From Guillardia theta CCMP2712 (Eukaryota > Protista > Cryptophyta), in the NCBI RefSeq assembly GCF_000315625.1, contig NW_005434636.1:331298-395297 (forward strand): a DNA stretch of 64,000 nt, given 5' to 3'. Below are positions 48,630 through 59,384 of this stretch, in pieces (position 1 is the first letter of the stretch; the number at the start of each line of letters is the position of its first letter). The position numbers and the translations under genes were made by a program. Under the pieces are notes generated by a model. That model was not told the DNA's origin. It worked only from the letters and a program-made list of their open reading frames with translations, and did no database searches.

Positions 48630-51600
48630 CTTGTTCTTTCTCCTCTGCCTGTTGTCTGCACCGAAACCTGAAGGTCCCCGTCAGCTGTCAAGCACTTGTG
48701 GTTGGAGTTGCACCTTTGCTCACTGGCGCTCTCTGCGACTTCCTCTTCTTGGCCTTGTAGTTGTCCGACGTTTCATCTGAGGATGTACTTCATATCAGCC
48801 CTGCTCCTCCATCTGCTATTCCGATTTCTCCCACTCTCCTTCCTCCATTCCGTGTCTTCCTCCCTCCATGGGTTTCCCCTGCCTCCTCGCTCCGTCCCTT
48901 ACTCCTTCCTCTCTCATTCTCTACCTGCGCGTGTCCTCGAGAGAGTTTCAGTCGACGACAACAGAAAGCGTAAAGTTGCTGACTCTTCGTCCCTGGAACG
49001 AAACTGTAAGGTGAAACAGGAGAAGGCGGAAACATGTTAGAAGGCAGGAGGAGGAGACATAAAGAGGACGGCGGGTGGAGGGCGGAGGGTGGAGGATAGA
49101 GGAGGGAGGAAGAGCAGGGGAGAAGCGGGCAGGAAGGAGGAGATCAGAATAGACCTGTTGTCGCTTTTGTCCTCTTCGCTCTCACGACTGCAACAGATGA
49201 GACGGAGGAACGACACTTCAGATCCTCTCACCTCTCTCCTCCTCTCATCGAAACTTCTCCGTCGAGTCCCTGCTCCGCGTCACTTCTTCCCTCCTCCAAA
49301 CACACCTCTTCCCATCCCCTGCATCACCACACTGCCCTCCTGCCCTCCTGCCCTCCTGCCCTCCTGCCCTCCTGCCCTCCTGCCCTCCTGCCCTCCTGTA
49401 CTTGATCTACCTCAAGCTCTTCACGTGCTGTCTTCTCCTCCGCTGCCCTCCTCGCCTCCTTCACTGAGCGATCCGCCGCATTTCTCTGCAGAAGAAATTA
49501 GCCACCGCTGCCACCCTCCTGCTCCCTGTCCTCCTTGGCCTCCGCCTCCTCCTCGTCCTACCAGCTCCTGCTCTGCAGCTCTCCTCTCCTCGTATGCAAC
49601 CTGTGCAGGGTATTACAATCCCTTCCTTGCCTTCTCACTTTACCTCCGCTGCCCTCCTCGCCTCCGCCTCCTCCGCTGCCCTTCTCGCCTCCGCCTCCTC
49701 TGCTGCCCTCCTCGCCTCTGCCTCCTCTGCTGCCCTCCTCGCCTCTGCCTCCTCCGCTGCCCTCCTCGCCTCTGCCTCCGCTGCTGCCCTCCTCGCCTCC
49801 ACCTCCGATGCTGCCCTCCTGGCCTCCGCCTCCGCTGCTGCCCTCCTGGCCTCTGCCTCCGATGCTGCCCTCCTCGCCTCTGCCTCCGATGCTGCCCTCC
49901 TCGCCTCCGCCTCCGCCTCCTCTGCTGCCCTCCTCGCCTCCTCTGCTGCCCTCCTCGCCTCCGCTGCTGCCCTCCTCGCCTCCGCCTCCGATGCTGCCCT
50001 CCTCGCCTCCGCCTCCTCCGCTGCCCTCCTCGCCTCCGCCTCCTCCTCTGCTGCCCTCCTCGCCTCCGCCTCCGATGCTGCCCTCCTCGCCTCCGCCTCC
50101 GCTGCTGCCCTCCTCGCCTCTGCATCCACCGCTGCCCTCCTGGCCTCCGCCTCCGCTGCTGCCCTCCTCGCCTCCGCCTCCTCTGCTGCCCTACTGGACT
50201 CCGACTACGCCTCTGCCTCCGCCTCCTCCGCTGCCCTCCTGGCCTCCGCCTCCTCCGCTGCCCTCCTGGCCTCCGCCTCCACTGCTGCCCTCCTGGCCTC
50301 TGCCTCCGCCTCCGCTGCCGCCCTCCTGGTCTCCTCTTCTCGAGCCTGTGCAAGAAGATAAGGAGGCTGAGATGTGCTTGGCGCACTTTTTCTTACCCTC
50401 TCTCTCGCTTCTCTTCCCATCTTCTCCGCTGACTTCACAGCCTCGTCCAACACAAACCCGAAGCCTCGCCAGACATTCTCAGCCAACGACTTGCCAGCCT
50501 GCGTCCTGGTCAGACCCTGTCTTTCCCTCCTCCTAGTTCTCGCGTCGCCGTTCCTCCTCGTCCCTCAAAATGATCTTTTGTGCCTCTACTTGCCTCCTCC
50601 TCTTCCTCCTCTTCCTCCTCTTCCTCCTCTTCCTCCTCCTCACCCCTGCAACAAGCTCGCGAGCTGAACGGCTGATGTCCTCGACCGGCCGCTGCTGCTT
50701 CAACGATGTCAAGGAGCACAGGGAGGAGTACGAGCGAGACCTCATCGGGGGAGATGGCGGGAGGAAGAGAAGAATCCTAGCACGGCTGGTCAAAGTAGGG
50801 GAGGGAATATCAACTCGCCCACCAGAAGTTTCTCCTCCTCCTCCTCCTCCTCCCCTGTCATCTTCTTCTCAAACTGCAATGCCCCGGTGAGCCTCATCTG
50901 CAGGACGGTCATCGCGGAGCTAGCAAGTCTTCCTCTGCGTACCTTCGCTATTCCTGCAGGGCTGGCTGTCCAGGGAAGAGGAGGAGGGTCTGAGTCCGGA
51001 GGAGGAGGAGGCAAGTAGGTGAGGGAGGAGACGACGTCGGGGGAAGGAGCCCACACTGCAGTCTCGCTCAACACTCGCAGCTTCTCCTGCCCGCTGCCTG
51101 TCGAGACCTCCAGCTCCGCCTGCTCGAGTGGAATTAAGAGCAGACAAGACGAGCTGCGGTGGGAGGGATCGAGACAAGAAGATGTAGGAAGGGACGATAC
51201 GAGAGGAGAGCAGGGAGCGTGGATTCACAGCAGGAGAGGGAAGGATTGCACAGCAGAGATTTTTGGAGGAAAGAAGAGGAATGGAAAGGATAGGAAATTT
51301 GAGGGTTCATGAGACAAGCGGGCAAGCGGTAGAATGTAGGGGAGAAGATTTCTGGTAGAATGAGGACAACTACAAGACAACGCAAGGACCTGCCATGGCA
51401 AGCCTTTGCGTCCTACAACCTTTCCAAACTGTACGATCCCGTCCGAGACCTTCAAGCTGTCAAGAGGAGAAGCAGCAGCACAAGAGAAATACCGGGAAGA
51501 AGATAAGGTCCCCGACATTGCACCTCTCCGGTCGGTAGTAGTCCTCCCCTTCCCTCCAGACGTTCTGAACCTGAGGCGACCAAAAGATCAGCCATGGCGA

Positions 51601-52430
51601 TGGGAGATGTCGTATCCTTTACCGTGATGCCGACGAGCTTCTCGTTTCGATCGTCGCCGAGGTCTCTACTCGGTGCATCCCCCCGACAACCTTCGTCTTC
51701 GCTCCAACTCTTCTCAGGCTGCAGGTGAGGGTGAGACCTGGCTCACGACATGTGAAGACTCTTGCCGAAGTCACGAATCTCTTGGAGGGGGAGAAGGCTT
51801 CAAATGTGATGGAAGTGAGGAGCGCGATGGAGGACGGGGAAAGCTTTTTGATCTCCTGCCCGTTCTTGGTCCCTACGTAGTTCATGTCAACGGTGACTCC
51901 AAACCGGGGGCAGGGGGGCACCAGTACTCTTTGATGAGGGAGAGCTTTCCTGCGCAGCGAGACAGACCTGTTGCAACAAGCTCAGCAGCAGTCAGACTTG
52001 CCTGCCCCACATCTACCCACCTCGAACTCGTTGGCTGCCCCAATGCCGACGATCTCGCCGAATCGCCTGGACGAGCCCTGGTCCTCGAAGATCACAAGGT
52101 CCCCCACCTTGTGCTGCAGAACTCCTCAACAACAGCAGGCAACTCAGCACAGATATCAACCTCTGAGCTCCGGAAGTAATCCACGCCCTCCGTGAACGAG
52201 CTGGGGATCTCCTTTCCGACTAGCTTCCCGTACGTCAGACAGCTCCACTCCAACAGGCCGCCTCTCCTCGCCGACGATGGCGCTTTCGCATGCACCGACC
52301 ACCTGCTCGCCAGCAGCCCCCGATTGTACAAGGTCGATCGAAGTGATGGGCATGAAGACAGGGTGAAGGCAGAACACTGCTGGCGGCTGATTATGATGAC
52401 ACAACAAAGCCACAAGAATCTGCACAGCAT
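48630..52430 (-). CDS. Putative plastid-targeted protein with central (EAEARRAAE)n charged-helix repeat; multi-exon; in-frame TAG at 50205-50207; 3' end approximate
   Basis: N-terminus MLCRFLWLCCVIIISRQQCSA-FTLSSCPSLRS reads as signal + F + S/R-rich transit-like peptide. Exons run through 50500-52430, and the repeat ORFs are 49635-50129 and 50205-50486. Confidence 0.5.
49640..50335 (-). repeat. Degenerate ~27-nt coding minisatellite encoding EAEARRAA(E/A/S)
   Basis: About 25 imperfect units of GAGGCGGAGGCGAGGAGGGCAGCRGAG on the minus strand. Confidence 0.9.
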
Positions 52431-53288
52431 CTGCTGTCGAATGCAGAACAGATTTCGGAAACAAACTTTGAAGCGAACCATGTTTGCATCGAGAGATAGT
52501 GTTCAACTCCTTCAATCACTGAGCGCCTGCTTTCACAATTATGTCAGAATGTTTGAGAAAACCAGACGGATTGTAACAGCAGTCGGAGAAGACAATCTTG
52601 AAATAGAACACATAGACGAAGGGAAAGACAGGAGAGAAGAATGCTAGAAGAAAAGACTCTCTAGAGCAAAAGGATCACGAGGAATTTATGAGACGATTAG
52701 AAAGAGGAAGACATGATGACTAGGATGGAAGACGGAGGAATTCAGAGAGGTGCAGGGACGAGAAGGCAAGGGAGGGAGGGAGGGTGAGAGGAAGGAAGCA
52801 GAGGAGGGAGGAGGAGAGGGAGAGGAGGAAAAGCAGGAAGGGAACGGAGAGAAGTAGTGAGGAGACGAGGTTGCTAGCTGAGGGTGAGGCGGGGAGCGCA
52901 AGGGTAGCGCCGAACTGCAAGCATCGGGGATTTGCATCCCTCGATACAGATTCTTGGTTGGTATTGTGGGGGGTGGGGTGCCAATCTGAGGCCTAGGGGG
53001 TACTCAAAATACCCTACGCTATTCAAATAAGTCTCTCTAGAGCGAAAGGTAGGGGTCCAGAAGATGGGGTGTCAGTCACAAATAACCCCCACCCCCCTGG
53101 TCACCTTGGTCGCCTCCGTCGCTCAATGTTATAAGTGGATGACTGCTGATGATCTACCCCTACCCCATGGATGACTGCTGATGACCCAACCCACTGAGCC
53201 GGCCCCAGAAAGGTGGATCCCGATGTGATGAAGATGAGATGGAGGTGGATTGAGATGCATAGTAGATGCGACGAGATGGCGCCGGCGA

Positions 53289-53440
53289 GGAGAGGAGGAG
53301 AGGAGGAGAGGAGGAGAGGAGGAGAGGAGGAGAGGAGGAGAGGAGGAGAGGAGGAGAGGAGGAGAGGAGGAGAGGAGGAGAGGAGGAGAGGAGGAGAGGA
53401 GGAGAGGAGGAGAGGAGGAGAGGAGGAGAGGAGGAGAGGA
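53289..53440 (+). repeat. (GAGGAGAG)n polypurine microsatellite, intergenic
   Basis: Read directly, about 19 units. Confidence 0.92.
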
Positions 53441-53590
53441 GAAGACATGGAAATAGAAGATGAATCTAGCAAAGTGAGAGTTGTAACAAGTGGATGGCAA
53501 TGGAAGCAAGGGAAAGGTGATTATCTGGGGGAGATAGATTTGATTGTGAGGGGGGGAGCAGACAATGAGACATCAGATCTAGAACAGACA

Positions 53591-53678
53591 GAAAATGGTA
53601 GAGAATATCAGATACTAGGACAGAAAGAAAATGGTAGAGAATATCAGATACTAGGACAGAAAGAAAATGGTAGAGAAT
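53591..53678 (+). repeat. 36-bp tandem repeat, ~2.4 copies (GAAAATGGTAGAGAATATCAGATACTAGGACAGAAA)
   Basis: Units start at 53591, 53627 and 53663. Confidence 0.9.
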
Positions 53679-53818
53679 GCAACACGGGAGACGACAACGA
53701 TTCTCAGGAGCAAAGTTTTAGGGTCATGGGGAGTCGAGGAATATCAAAGCAAAGCATCACATATGAGTTTTGAAATTTCTTGATTCACATTTAAAATTGA
53801 TAATGGACACATGACCTT

Positions 53819-56800
53819 CTATCTGGGCTTCTTCTTCTTCTTCGTCTTTTCCTTCCCCTTCCCAGCCTTCCAGGATTGTCAAACTTCGAAAGGAACGGGA
53901 CGACGTTACCTTACTACTCGTCTTCTTCTCCTCCTCCTCCGCAAGAAGTTCTTGGGCGACCTTCTCGGCAGCAAGATGTTTCTCCATGGCATCGTCAACG
54001 ACTAAAGAAACATCACTCGTCAGTGCCTCTCCATCCGTCCGATGCCCTTACAGCAAGGATCAGCCATCCTCTCCGCCTGACTCGCAAGGTTCCCCTCCTG
54101 ATTGAGCTTGCTCGGGTCGAGTCCCCTGCCGTCACTTTGATCAGTCGGGAGCCGGGAGCTCTTGGCATCACAATTTCCGACGCTTATCGTCCTTGTGTGC
54201 TGATACTTCCATCCTGAACGCTTCCCCGGGTACGTCAGGACGTTACCAAGGAGCGGTGAACAGCTACCTGAAGCCAGAGGGTCTGAAAACCCGGCATTCG
54301 ATCCCTGAATCAACTCGTCCGGGTGCAACTGATACTGAAGTAGCACAAGTCAGGGCCCCTTATTGACCCTCCTGTCTCGACCTCCTCAGACATGTAGACA
54401 GTCGGTTCAGCATCAACGGCCCTCATGAGTAAATCCTCGGCCAGTCTCTGATATGTCTGAAATCGAGACGAGTCAGAGTGTGGGTAGGATGGCGAGAGAA
54501 AGACCTCGGATCCAGTTTGAGAAGCTAGTTGGGACAACATGTGAGAATAGCTGAACGTGAAGGTGAGGGGTGGTCACTGAGACGAGAAAGAACGTACCAG
54601 TAAAGAGTTGGGATGTTGGATGGATCCATTTTGAGCGCTTGCTGAAAGTAAGACTCCCCAGTCTTGTGATATCTAGTCAAAGTCGAGGAGCATGACGCGG
54701 AGCGATCAACCTTGAAGTCTTGCTTCAGGTCAACTATCAGATGTCCAAGGTTGCAAAGAGCATAAGGGTACGTTGGCTGGATGGCGAGAGCTCTCTGATT
54801 CATCGATTCAAGGTCACAGCTAAGTAGAGGATCGTACTCTGAACGCACCTTGAAAAGATGCTCAGCTCCTTCAAAGTTCTCGTGAACCTGCACGGATGTC
54901 AAACGTTGCACTCGCGGGAGAGGACATATCACCTCATGCAGGTACAACCCATAGTTTGTGAGCACGATGGGATTGTTGGGATACAGCTGGAATAGATTCA
55001 GCACAGACGTCTATCTCGGGCCGACGATGACACCTCTACAGCTTGCATGTGCACGTGCTCTGCCTGCTTTTCATCCCTTCGTTGCCGCTTTGATCACAGG
55101 CAAGTGGAAGAGAGGGAAGTTCAGACCTTGATTGCAAGAATACGGCAAAATTTTGTAGGACAAGTCTGTCTGCAGGTCGGACTGCATACGAGTCAAAGGA
55201 AAATTCACACGGAATTGTAGCAAGAAAATGTACTGGAAAGGGCTCTCGTGAACAGATTCTGGATTTCTGGCATCCCGTTGTTTGTTCGCCTTTGCTGACA
55301 AAGGATAGAATCAAAAAAGGCTGATACCTCCTGACGATGGATACCAGGAAGGAAGCTAAGTTGACAATGGTGTTTGTATCATGTGGAGCAAGCGATCGGG
55401 CAATCTACAACCGCACAAGTCAACCAAAATCAACATGAAAGGTTTGATACCGTTAAATGATTCAACGTTTCGCGCAGCTCATAAGGTGTTTCCTGGGGGA
55501 ATCCGTCAGCATTTCGGGGAGAGATGAACTAGCTAGAACCTGATGTACAGCTGCGACTGCAAAGTGTGCCATGCTGTAGATCGGAGCTTGTCTTGTAACT
55601 TTCTTCAAAATGGCCTAGGTGAAAGGCTTAGACTCACTAACGCACAAGTAAAGGTATTTCAGCCACCAGCGCTTCGTTCCTGTTGCCCTCTACATTGTTC
55701 ATGAAGGACGCTTGATTAACATTTGCTCCGATATGATTCGGTTGCAGCTCTATGGCTCTTTCATAAAGCATTTTGACCATGCCTTGCGCAAAGGTCAACC
55801 AAGATCTGTCAGAGGGTCTTTCCTTACGTTGGAGGCTCTTCATGTTGCTGAACTGCTTGGACAGCGATTGCGCCAGAATACAATCCTGCACATCATCTCA
55901 TTGTCACTCATCAGAACTCCGATGAATTGATCAAGACCTGCAGGAATCCTCCCAAGTTTGCCAGCACTGTAGCCTCGTCGGGAGAAAGCCTTAAAGATTG
56001 TAGAAGCGCGTTCACAACATCGATCTCCTCATCCTGGATTATTCCTATTTCAATCAAGAGACTCGTGGTGTTTTCGAGGAAATTTATATCCACATGGTCC
56101 ACTTCCACAGGGATATCACGGACATTGTTACTCCCGATCCATTTCTCTGCAGGGATTGAATGCTGTAGAATCTCAATGGTTGAATCTTTGACAATCCAGC
56201 CGCAGCTTGGCCAGTATTCTTTCCATGTGCTGGTCTGCGTGATCCAATGAATGGATGCGTCTCTTGAATAGTTGGAGTAGAAGGGGCTTGTAAGGCTCTT
56301 AGCAGATTGCGGGGTAATCCTACAATTGTGTTCGAGGTTGACAGCAAGGTTGTTGTAAGCAACGTTGTTCTGAGGATCAAGTTCAATGGCCTTTAAGAAG
56401 AGACGGTGGGATTCTGGATGTCCTTCCTCAAAGAAGAGCTGCCCTAATGCACAGAGGGCGTCTGATATACGACCTCGATATTCGCTTTGCAGCTCTGGAC
56501 TCCAAGACCCTAGCACTTGCAGAAGATCTTTCCATGGAGAAATTTGGTTCTCTTTGAATGTTGCTGACGAATCCGAGTTGACTTTGGATTCGCTCAAAGG
56601 CATAAAGTGTGAATCAAGATTATGTTTCAAACTTGCAATGCAAGTCAACAGCTTTAGCTTCATATCCAAATCTGCTTCTTTGCTCAGGATCTTCTGACTG
56701 TAATCAATCTTCGAAGTGACATAGGAATTCAGGTCGCCAAGAATCGAATCTGCTTTGATCTGAACCTCATAGACATGCGCATTGTTGATCATGAGCCTTT

Positions 56801-59200
56801 CAAGTCTCCAGGGATCTACATCAACGAGCAGCTCAATAAACGTGCTCAACGATGTTGCCATTTGAAACTCAGGCCGAATTTTCAACAATTCTTCGAACTT
56901 GTCCTCATCACTCCCTTTTTCCTGGCAGATTGAAAGAGGAAACGAGTGATTTAAAAGATTAAAGTTCTGCAAAATTGCTAAATTCCGCACTGAATCAGAG
57001 TGATCAGGAGCGGTTTGGACAGCCAGCGATAGCAGAGCTTCTGCTTGGTGTATAGAAGCCTCGTCTTGCCTTGTCATGAGCAGCATCCCGAAATTGCACA
57101 AGGTCGGAACATGTGACGGGTTTACGCGAAGAGCTTGTTCGAAATGGTCTATTGCAGCATCTTCTTGGTTGAAAGCCTCGAACAGCAGCAGGCCTCGATT
57201 ACACAACACTTCCACATTCGAAGGATCAAACTTCAAGGCTTCTTCGTAATATTTATCGGCTAGCTCGAAGTTGCTCCCTGTTGAATGATGAATCTGAGCG
57301 ACCGATATGATTGAAGGAAGATGGAGGGGGTCGCTTTGAAGAGCTCGATAGTAATATTCCAATGCTGATGTATCATCTGAACGAAAGCATTGCAACATAA
57401 ATGCATATTGCCAGAGTAGCTTTGGTCGATTGGGATGAAACATCAACGCATTCTTGAAAATCGTCTCAGCATCATTGAATCTGAGCGTTTTCTGTCGCGT
57501 CATGTCAGATGCACATGTACAAGAATTATACTATCATACCTGTAAGAAATTTCCGTATTCATGCACTGCATGGGGATGTGCAGGATGCAAGCTAAGGGCG
57601 TATTTCCAGGCCTTTTCCATTTCCTGCTCACAACTTGCAGTCTCTTCCACGTTTCCTGCTTCAGCGTGCAAAATCGCGACTTCATGCAGCAGCACCGCAC
57701 ATGCATGGCACACATCAGGTTCACTCGGATCAATGCTCAAAGAGATCTCAAGCAGGTCTTGTGCTTGCTTAACATCACCATACTCCTTGATAAAAAATCT
57801 TGCTAAATGTGAGTGCAACACGACGTCGTCCGGTGCCAGCTTTGCAGCTTCTCGAAACAGGTGAGAAGCTCGCTCAATGAAGACATCTCTTGCACAGCTT
57901 TGTCCACCAGGCATGATCATGGATTCATTCTCACCAATCAGGGTTGCCGCCTTCCAAATTGCCGTGGCAAGCATGTAAAGAGCGTGTACGTTTGCGGGAT
58001 CATACGACAACGCGATCTGAAAAAGAGACTCTGCTTTCGGAGCTTGATCATAATAATCCAAGTAGATTTCTCCCATGTATGAAAATGCTCTAGAATAACT
58101 CGTTCGGCCGTCAGGACCTGCCGGATGTGAAACGGGCTTGTAAATCTCATCAGCATCTTCGTCAAAAACATGATGAAGTTTGTCCCGAGTTAGATTCAGG
58201 CAAGCGATCACTTCCTCATATGACATGTTGAGTTTCGAAGACTCAATAACCTCTCTAAGCTCATCGCTCTGCAAATATTCTGTGACGTTCTTGTAGAATT
58301 CATCCAAATCACCCACTTCTAGCCCGCTTTCAACGAGTTCCTCCCTTGTGGGTCGCTCATTCTCCTCTAACATGTAATATTCTTTGCTCTTTTCGTTAGG
58401 ATCCATGCTGAGCACCATGTTGAGATACTTCATGGCCTTTTCCACATCCATCTCTTGTTTATACATCGAGTAGGCAAAGTTGCACATTGCATGGATATCA
58501 TCACTCAAGAATTTGACCATGAAAGATTCCCACACAGGAGTGACAGTGACAGGTGGCCCGCCTTTAAGCAAGTTGTGCTTGCTCTGATTTCTGGCTTCAT
58601 GTTCTTCCTCAAAGGCTTCCAGCAACATCAGAGTAATCTTCCGAGCGTCTTCTTCACTCGCAGCGGTAGGACCGTTATTTCTAACGAATTGATCGATTCG
58701 CTGCCTTAACCTGTTGGAGCAATCGTATCCTGCTGCGGCTTCGGACTCGCTGAGGGCCTCTGCTTCCGACTCGTACGAGTCATTTTGCTCGTTCGCGTCG
58801 TATGCCTTCCTCTGGCCTTCTGCATAAACCTTGAGGTCCTCGAGTTCTTGGTCGTTATCCGAAGGGTCTTCCATGTCACCTGTTTCGCTCAGCTCAGAAA
58901 CGCCGGGCATCCCAAACAGAACTTACGCTGGGTGAACTCCTCTCCGGATCCTCTGAGACGGAGTATGCATGAGATCACATCCGCACAGCGCTGCGGGTTG
59001 CCCGATCCCCTGATCCGCAACATGGAGCAAGGGGAACCCACATTGTTCTCAGAAACAAGAGGAGGGAGGAGGAAGACAAGGAGCAGGAAGCGGGAGATAT
59101 GATGTAGAGCAGTATGACTATGATAGGGAGGTGGGAGGGAGTGGGGCAGGAGGGGTACAGGAAGGGAGCACTGAAATTTCCCGCTCCACATGCGCCCCAT
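53819..59200 (-). CDS. Large tetratricopeptide-repeat (TPR) protein with N-terminal hydrophobic leader, multi-exon
   Basis: Many TPR-like units: AESLFQIALSYDPANVHAL, ALEYYYRALQSDPLH, YYEEALKFDPSNVEVLCNRG, FEQALRVNPSHVPTLCNFG, FLKAIELDPQNNVAYNNLA and YERAIELQPNH. The basic tail is AGKGKEKTKKKKKPR*. Confidence 0.85.
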
Positions 59201-59384
59201 AGCATGGAATCGGGAGAAAGTGTAATAGGTGGGGTCCCAATTCAAGCAAGTATGATATCGACTGTGAAAGTTTAATTTCAAATACTCATATTTCAAATAC
59301 TCATATTTAAATATTCCAACACTGAAATATTACGAAAGACGACAGGGTGGGGGTGGCAGTTTCAACAGGATCACAATGGCTTGA

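Noticed and set aside
49089-50536. Pro-rich, Cys/Arg-rich and Ala/Ser-rich plus-strand ORFs and the RRRGGQ minus-frame ORF
   Set aside because: These are shadow frames of the EAEARRAA minisatellite. The flanking exons and splice sites support the minus-strand E/A/R frame.
53591-53678. 36-bp repeat as a CRISPR array
   Set aside because: The units are directly adjacent with no spacers, there are no cas genes, and the context is eukaryotic.
53101-53773. ORFs with SSPPLLL or RRGGEEE repeats
   Set aside because: They are translations of the (GAGGAGAG)n microsatellite.
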